A stretch of 64,000 nt of DNA from a bacterium (GTDB lineage Bacteria > Zixibacteria > MSB-5A5 > GN15 > FEB-12): positions 32,001-96,000 of the forward strand of contig JBDRNJ010000039.1 in NCBI GenBank assembly GCA_043811375.1, in the 5' to 3' direction. A model generated the notes under the pieces. The model had not been told where the DNA came from and made no database searches. It saw only the letters and a program-made list of their open reading frames with translations. Positions 58,239 to 64,000 of this stretch are shown here, piece after piece; the first letter of the stretch is position 1, and every line of letters begins with the position of its first letter. The position numbers and the translations under genes were made by a program.

Positions 58239-59921
58239 ATGGCCAAGGTAGTTAAGAAGAAAAAGAAAAAGCTGGGAGGGCTGTCCCGCGGCACCGGAAC
58301 TTCAGGAGTGGAGATGTCGTCGTTGCGGCCGCAACTGATTGAAAAAAAGCCGCCCTGCGGACACACCTGCCCTAATCACAACAAAATTCGGAAAGCCCTG
58401 ATGACGATCTCCAGGGCCGAGGATTTCGAGAAGACATACGAACAAGCCCTGGAAGAAGCCTGGCAGATCTGGATGGAGACCAGCCCCTTTCCGTCAGTAT
58501 GCGGCCGGGTTTGTCCACATCCGTGTGAAACCGAGTGCAACCGCAACGCCCTGGAGGGAACCGTCGGTATCAATGCCTTTGAACGTTATCTTGGCGATTT
58601 CGCTTTAGAAAAGAAACTGGTTCCCGCCAAACTCACCGAAGAAAAGCGGTCGGAGAAAATTGCGGTGGTCGGTTCCGGCCCGGCTGGTCTTACCTGTGCC
58701 TATCATCTGGCGCGGCGTGGCTACCCGGTTACTGTTTTTGAAGCCTTTCCCAAGCCGGGCGGTATGTTGCGTTACGGTATCCCGGATTATCGCCTCCCTC
58801 TCGACATTCTTGATGCCGAGATCAACCGGATAGTCGATATGGGTGTGGAATTGAAATGTGGCGTAAAAATCGGTAAGGATGTGACGCTGGACCAGTTGCG
58901 CAGTGAGTATAAGGCGGTATTTGTCGGTCTGGGTGCACATTCCGGTCTTATGCTGCGGGCTGAGGGAGAAGACGCTGAAAACGTCTTTACCGGAACCGAT
59001 TTCCTGCACCGAGCGAACGATGGCGAGTCAATTGATGTCGGCAATAAAGTTGTGGTCATCGGTGGTGGCGATACAGCTGTTGATGCTGCTCGTGTCTCCC
59101 GTCGGCTGGGAGCCGATGTGACCATTCTGTACCGGCGTACCCGTAAGGAGATGCCGGCGATTGAAGCCGAGATTGAAGGCGCCCTTGAAGAAGGCGTCAA
59201 GATCGAATATCTGGCGGCCCCGACTAAAATCCATAATGAGAACGGCAGGGCCACCGGCATGGTCTGCCAGCGCATGGAACTGGGCGAGCCGGACGCCTCC
59301 GGAAGGCGCCGGCCGGTTCCGATCGAAGGCGACACGTTTGATCTTGAATGCAGCACCCTGATTGCCGCCATCAGTCAGGCGCCGGACTTCACCGGCTTTG
59401 ACATCCTCATCGAGGGCAGGGACTGGATCAAGATCGATGACAACAGCCGGACCAAGGAAGACGGCATTTACTCCGGCGGCGATAACGTTAACCTGGGTAT
59501 TGCCATCACGGCCGTTTACCACGGTCGGCGGGCGGCTGAAGCGATCCACGAAACAATCTCCGGCGAGAAATTGCCTGAAGAACCGACGATGGCAGTTATC
59601 AAGACGGACAAGATGTACCTGGCCTACTATGAGGCCAAACAACCGACCCCGGTCAAAGAGATGCCGGTGGCTGATCGACTTAAATCGCTGAGTGCCGAGA
59701 TCGTTACTACCTGGTCTCAGGAGGAAACGATCGGCGAGGCCAAGCGGTGTCTGAGTTGCGGTGAATGCTTCGACTGCGGCACCTGCTGGAGCCTGTGCAC
59801 CGACAATGCCATCATCAAGCCGTTGATCAAGGGTCAGCCGTACAAGGTGAAGATGGAGTTCTGCAACGGCTGCAAGAAATGCGCTGAGAACTGCCCCTGC
59901 GGATACATTGAAATGCACTGA
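58239..59921 (+). CDS. dsrL: DsrL Fe-S flavoprotein (NAD(P)H:acceptor oxidoreductase)
   Basis: SSLRP...K.PPC...CP, CGRVCPHPCE..CNR, GSGPAG, GGGDTA.D, YRR, C-terminal RCLSCGECFDC..C and CNGCKKCAENCPCGYIEM. Confidence 0.88.
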   Translation: MAKVVKKKKKKLGGLSRGTGTSGVEMSSLRPQLIEKKPPCGHTCPNHNKIRKALMTISRAEDFEKTYEQALEEAWQIWMETSPFPSVCGRVCPHPCETECNRNALEGTVGINAFERYLGDFALEKKLVPAKLTEEKRSEKIAVVGSGPAGLTCAYHLARRGYPVTVFEAFPKPGGMLRYGIPDYRLPLDILDAEINRIVDMGVELKCGVKIGKDVTLDQLRSEYKAVFVGLGAHSGLMLRAEGEDAENVFTGTDFLHRANDGESIDVGNKVVVIGGGDTAVDAARVSRRLGADVTILYRRTRKEMPAIEAEIEGALEEGVKIEYLAAPTKIHNENGRATGMVCQRMELGEPDASGRRRPVPIEGDTFDLECSTLIAAISQAPDFTGFDILIEGRDWIKIDDNSRTKEDGIYSGGDNVNLGIAITAVYHGRRAAEAIHETISGEKLPEEPTMAVIKTDKMYLAYYEAKQPTPVKEMPVADRLKSLSAEIVTTWSQEETIGEAKRCLSCGECFDCGTCWSLCTDNAIIKPLIKGQPYKVKMEFCNGCKKCAENCPCGYIEMH

Positions 59922-59986
59922 TGAAGTTGATATGCAAAAAAGAACGTTAACTGTACAATACTACTATCTAAAATGGAGAGTTTGTC

Positions 59987-60304
59987 ATGCCAATTTTTGA
60001 ACTCGGTGAGGTCAAGATCGAAGTCGACGAAGACGGCTTTATGGATGACCCGGAACTCTGGAACGATGAAATTGCCAAGGCGTTGGCCACAACCGAAGGT
60101 GTGAACGATTTGACTGAAGAGCACTGGAAACTGGTTCGCTACCTGCGGGAATACTACCTGAAATTCGGCATTGCTCCGATGATCCGCAAGCTGTGCAAGG
60201 AGACCGGTTTCCCCCTCAAGAAGGTCTACGAACTGTTCCCTTCCGGTCCCGCCAAGGGTGCCTGCAAGGTGGCCGGACTGGCCAAACCGACGGGGTGCGT
60301 CTGA
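59987..60304 (+). CDS. dsrC: sulfur carrier DsrC
   Basis: VDEDGF, LFPSGPAKGACKVAGLAKPTGCV with both conserved C-terminal Cys. Confidence 0.96.
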   Translation: MPIFELGEVKIEVDEDGFMDDPELWNDEIAKALATTEGVNDLTEEHWKLVRYLREYYLKFGIAPMIRKLCKETGFPLKKVYELFPSGPAKGACKVAGLAKPTGCV

Positions 60305-60372
60305 TCGATTTTGCGGCTTAGGCGGGGTCTGGCGGTGCCGACAAACCTCCACACCTCGCCGCTGCTGATCTG

Positions 60373-60996
60373 ATGGATGCCGTTTCCAGCGGCAGAAGTA
60401 CGGATATGACCCTCAACAGCCTCCTGACGCAAAGCAAAGCAGCCGTATTGCAAAGGTGGCGGGACCTGATCGTTCAGACGTATCCTGACGAAGTATCCAG
60501 GTTTCTCCAGCGGGAAACGGATCGCTTTGCCAATCCGGTGGGGGATACTATCTTCCGCGGGACAGAAAGTATCTTCGACCTGTTGCTGAACGCGCAGGCG
60601 ACACCGGAGGACATGACCGAGGCTGTCGACGGTATTGTTAGAATCAGATCAGTTCAGGAGTTCAACGCCTCCCAGGCAGTAGTCTTTGTCTTTCTGCTCA
60701 AAAAGGCTATTCGTGAACAGTTGGGTGAGAAGGTCCAAGGCAACGGCGTTACCGACGAGTTACTCGACCTGGAATCGAGAATCGATCAGATTGCGCTGGC
60801 GGCTTTCGACTGCTGGGCCGGATGCCGGGAGCAGATTAACGACATCCGGGTGAATGAGATAAGAAACGGCGTGTTCAAGCTGCGCGAACGGATAAACCTC
60901 CCCCGGGATCACCCACCGAACTGCGGTGAATGTTCCTCAACGGCGGACACGGATGGCCCGGGTGGTAACATGAAGGAAGGTAGATCGGGAAGATGA
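60373..60996 (+). CDS. dsrT: DsrT (RsbRD N-terminal domain protein)
   Basis: W...I..TYP, DRFANPVG, IRSVQEF.ASQAV.F.F.LK; precedes dsrM. Start 60373 or 60406. Confidence 0.88.
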   Translation: MDAVSSGRSTDMTLNSLLTQSKAAVLQRWRDLIVQTYPDEVSRFLQRETDRFANPVGDTIFRGTESIFDLLLNAQATPEDMTEAVDGIVRIRSVQEFNASQAVVFVFLLKKAIREQLGEKVQGNGVTDELLDLESRIDQIALAAFDCWAGCREQINDIRVNEIRNGVFKLRERINLPRDHPPNCGECSSTADTDGPGGNMKEGRSGR

Positions 60997-61985
60997 ACTT
61001 ATTCTTTTCCCTGATAGCGGTGACGGTACTTATCCTCCTGGCCTGGCTGGGATCGCAGTCAACTTCAATGGAGTTATTATTAGGTGCGATCGTGCCTTAT
61101 ACCGCCCTGGTTGTCTTCACACTGGGCATCATCTGGCGTGTGGTGCGGTGGGCCAGATCGCCGGTGCCATTCAGGATCACCACCACCTGCGGACAGCAGA
61201 AGACGCTGCCCTGGATCAAGTCCAGTCGGCTGGAATGCCCGCACAGTGTCTGGGGTGTCATCGGGCGCATGGCGCTGGAAGTGCTGTTTTTCCGTTCGCT
61301 TCTGCGCAACACCAAACTGCAGTTGCGCGATGGTCCCCGACTGTCCTACGGCACCAACCTGTATCTCTGGCTCGGCGGGTTGGCGTTTCACTGGTCGTTT
61401 TTAATTATCCTCGTCAGGCACACCCGGTTCTTTGTCGAGCCGGTACCGACATGGGTGCTGGGACTGCAAAATCTGGATGGCTTTTTCCAGGTCGGCTTGC
61501 CGGTTATCTACATCTCCGGCCTGCTCCTGGTGGCGGCCCTGACCTACCTGTTCTTCCGCAGAGTTGTGACTCCGCAGATGCGCTACATCTCACTGGCCGG
61601 GGACTACTTTCCACTACTTTTGCTTTTGGGCGTGGCTGTTTCCGGTGTCCTGATGCGCTATTTCTACAAGGTCGATATCGTGGCCGTCAAGGAACTGGCC
61701 CTGGGACTGTGGAACTTTGAGCCCATTATCCCGGTCGGAATCGGTGCCATCTTCTATGTCCATCTTTTCCTGGTCTGTATGCTGCTGATTTATTTCCCCT
61801 TCAGCAAGCTGGTGCACATGGCGGGTATATTTCTCAGCCCCACCCGGAACCTGGCCAACAACAACCGCATGCGTCGCCATATCAATCCCTGGAACTACCC
61901 GGTTAAGGTTCATACCTACGAAGAGTGGGAAGACGAGTTCCGGGATGTTATGAAGGCGGCTGATATGCCGTTGGAGAAGGAGTGA
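60993..61985 (+). CDS. dsrM: DsrM membrane cytochrome b subunit
   Basis: PVPFRITTTCGQQ, FFRSL.RNT, FHWSF..I..RH, FPFSKLVH, SPTRN. Confidence 0.95.
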   Translation: MNLFFSLIAVTVLILLAWLGSQSTSMELLLGAIVPYTALVVFTLGIIWRVVRWARSPVPFRITTTCGQQKTLPWIKSSRLECPHSVWGVIGRMALEVLFFRSLLRNTKLQLRDGPRLSYGTNLYLWLGGLAFHWSFLIILVRHTRFFVEPVPTWVLGLQNLDGFFQVGLPVIYISGLLLVAALTYLFFRRVVTPQMRYISLAGDYFPLLLLLGVAVSGVLMRYFYKVDIVAVKELALGLWNFEPIIPVGIGAIFYVHLFLVCMLLIYFPFSKLVHMAGIFLSPTRNLANNNRMRRHINPWNYPVKVHTYEEWEDEFRDVMKAADMPLEKE

Positions 61986-63607
61986 GCATGTCCGACGATC
62001 TACCCAAAGCTGAACAACTGGGCCGGGTTGGCTATCGGCCACCCCGCAAGAAGTGGATGGATCCTTCGGTGGAGTTCCGTAAAGGGACCTATAACTACAG
62101 CACCGTTCCTAAGAACATGAAATACCTAGACCTGCCCAATCCTCGCAAGTGGCAACCGACCGATGACGACTGGCAGCTACCGGATAACTGGAAACAAATC
62201 ATCCTGGATGGATTTCGCGATCGCCTTGACAAGTATCGTTCACTGCGCGTATTCATGGATATCTGTGTACGCTGCGGCGCCTGCGCCGACAAGTGCCATT
62301 ATTTCATCGGTTCCGGTGATCCCAAGAATATGCCGGTGCTTCGCGCCGAGCTGCTGCGGTCGGTTTACCGCGGGGAGTTCACGACGGCCGGGAAAATCCT
62401 GGGTGGGATTGCCGGTGGTCGCAAACTGACAATGGGAGTACTGAAGGAATGGTTTTATTACTTCTTCCAGTGTACTGAGTGCCGTCGCTGTTCGGTGTTC
62501 TGCCCCTACGGCATCGACACCGCCGAGATCACCATGATGGCCCGCGAACTGCTCAACCTGGTGGGCGCCAGTATCGACTGGATAGGCACTCCGGTCGCCA
62601 ATTGCTTCCGTACCGGCAATCACCTGGGCATTCAGCCGCACGGCTTCAAGGACAGCATCGATTTTGCCGTTGACGAGCTGGAAGAACTCACCGGTGTAAA
62701 GGTGGAAGCTCCGATCAATAAAAAAGGCGCTGAGATACTATTCATCGCTCCCTCGGCCGATTACTTTGCTTCTCCACACTATTACACGCTGCTGGGCTAC
62801 CTGGCGCTTTTTCATGAGATCGGCCTGGATTACACCTGGAGCGCCTATGCCTCCGAGGGCGGCAATTTCGGACTGTTTCATTCCTCGGAGATGATGAAAC
62901 GTCTCAATGCCAAGGTCTACGATGAGGCCAAACGACTCGGTGTCAAGTGGATCATCGGCGGCGAATGCGGACACATGTGGCGGGTGTTGCACCAGTACAT
63001 GGACACCATGACCGGCCCGGCTGATTTTCTCGAGGAACCGGTGTCTCCCATCACCGGCACCCGCTTTGAGAACACCAGGACCACCAAAATGGTGCACATA
63101 GCGGAATTCACATCCGATTTGATTCGCCACAACAAACTGAAACTGGACCCCAGCCGAAACGACAACTGGATTGCTACCTATCATGACTCGTGCAATCCGG
63201 CCCGGGCGATGGGTCTGCTGGAGGAGCCGCGGTATATTATCAATAAGGTGGCCAACAACTTCCATGAGATGCCGGAAAACACCATTCGCGAGCAGACATT
63301 CTGCTGCGGTAGTGGTTCCGGTCTGGGCACCGACGAAAACCTGGAAATGAGGCTGCGCGGCGGGCTGCCGCGAGCCAACGCCGTGAAATACGTACAAGAG
63401 AAACACGGTGTCAATATCCTGTTGTGCATGTGCGCCATCGACAAGGCCACCCTGCCGCCCCTGTTGGAGTACTGGGTCCCTGACGTCGAAGTGGGGGGAG
63501 TGCACGAACTGGTCGGCAACGCGCTGGTGATGACCGGCGAAAAGAACCGCACCGCCGACCTGCGGGGTGAACCCTTCCCGGGAAAGGAGGGCAGTGACGA
63601 TGCATGA
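61982..63607 (+). CDS. dsrK: DsrK (HdrD-like catalytic subunit)
   Basis: CVRCGACADKC, CTECRRCSVFCPYGID, GECGH, HDSCN, FCCGSG. Confidence 0.96.
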   Translation: MSMSDDLPKAEQLGRVGYRPPRKKWMDPSVEFRKGTYNYSTVPKNMKYLDLPNPRKWQPTDDDWQLPDNWKQIILDGFRDRLDKYRSLRVFMDICVRCGACADKCHYFIGSGDPKNMPVLRAELLRSVYRGEFTTAGKILGGIAGGRKLTMGVLKEWFYYFFQCTECRRCSVFCPYGIDTAEITMMARELLNLVGASIDWIGTPVANCFRTGNHLGIQPHGFKDSIDFAVDELEELTGVKVEAPINKKGAEILFIAPSADYFASPHYYTLLGYLALFHEIGLDYTWSAYASEGGNFGLFHSSEMMKRLNAKVYDEAKRLGVKWIIGGECGHMWRVLHQYMDTMTGPADFLEEPVSPITGTRFENTRTTKMVHIAEFTSDLIRHNKLKLDPSRNDNWIATYHDSCNPARAMGLLEEPRYIINKVANNFHEMPENTIREQTFCCGSGSGLGTDENLEMRLRGGLPRANAVKYVQEKHGVNILLCMCAIDKATLPPLLEYWVPDVEVGGVHELVGNALVMTGEKNRTADLRGEPFPGKEGSDDA

Positions 63608-63983
63608 TGCTTCCAAGATCATAGTTGGCCTGCTGATATTCCTGGCCCTGATAGCCTTTCCCCTCTGGTACAACGCCGCCGGCGGCAAGGCCGACTACGT
63701 TCCGCAACTGGAGAAACCGGATACGGCCACCCAGTGTGTGGCCGAGGTTGCTTACATGACGGCTAACCACATGGACCTGCTCAACGAATGGCGCGACCGG
63801 GTAGTCCGCATTGGTGAGCGGTTATACGTTGATCATCTGGGCCGGACGCATGAAATGAGTCTGACCAAAACCTGCCTGAATTGCCACGCCAACCGGGACC
63901 AATTCTGTATCCGCTGCCACGACTATATGGGGGTCGCTCCCTATTGCTGGGACTGCCATGTCGACCCCAAGGAGGTCAGGTGA
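63600..63983 (+). CDS. dsrJ: DsrJ triheme cytochrome c
   Basis: N-terminal TM/signal, CV.....M..NHM, three CxxCH (CLNCH, CIRCH, CWDCH). Confidence 0.93.
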   Translation: MHDASKIIVGLLIFLALIAFPLWYNAAGGKADYVPQLEKPDTATQCVAEVAYMTANHMDLLNEWRDRVVRIGERLYVDHLGRTHEMSLTKTCLNCHANRDQFCIRCHDYMGVAPYCWDCHVDPKEVR

Positions 63984-64000
63984 TGTCATTTGACAGACGC
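63983..64000 (+). CDS. dsrO: start of probable DsrO (3'-truncated)
   Basis: AGGAGG SD, ATG overlapping dsrJ stop, reads MSFDRR (Tat-like). Call rests mainly on the usual dsrMKJOP order. Confidence 0.6.

Noticed and set aside
51..63770. Many overlapping or antisense ORFs in the track (e.g. 611..1162, 8819..9625, 50819..51595, 59028..59918, 62738..63688)
   Set aside because: They lie opposite or inside well-supported genes and show no recognisable motifs; expected shadow ORFs at this GC content.
54074..63983. Selenocysteine read-through at TGA stops in dsr genes
   Set aside because: TGA codons fall at the expected protein ends and are followed by the next gene.

Overview
Chromosomal core region, with no tRNA, rRNA, CRISPR array or transposase detected. 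It contains the replication origin (dnaA-oriC-dnaN-recF) of a probable FCB-group anaerobe; the C-terminal dockerin-type protein and the ileS-dksA-lspA order suggest Ca. Zixibacteria (inference). Left to right: a GH57 fragment; pth-rpsF-rpsR-DUF2232-rplI; envelope and hypothetical genes; a frameshifted multi-repeat dockerin protein; lepB; a DUF4097 protein; an HDOD/RNase-H-like/HEAT/repeat-protein cluster; two type IV pilins with sigma-54-like promoters next to a PilR-like activator, within a REP-rich region; an acyl-CoA mutase/carboxylase/epimerase operon with both a methylmalonyl-type and an isobutyryl-type mutase large subunit; dpaL; the origin; mrp-qmoBA without qmoC or apr; a type 2 IleRS with a non-canonical GVHH motif; and a dissimilatory sulfite reductase operon dsrABD-N-L-C-T-MKJ(O...) that runs off the window end. 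The most notable points are the origin-flanking qmo/dsr module with shared Rex/HcpR-like boxes, the dual mutases with one B12 subunit, the GxHH IleRS, two repairable frameshifts, and a 32-bp inverted repeat pair bracketing one pilin gene. All product calls come from motifs recognised by eye; no database search was run.
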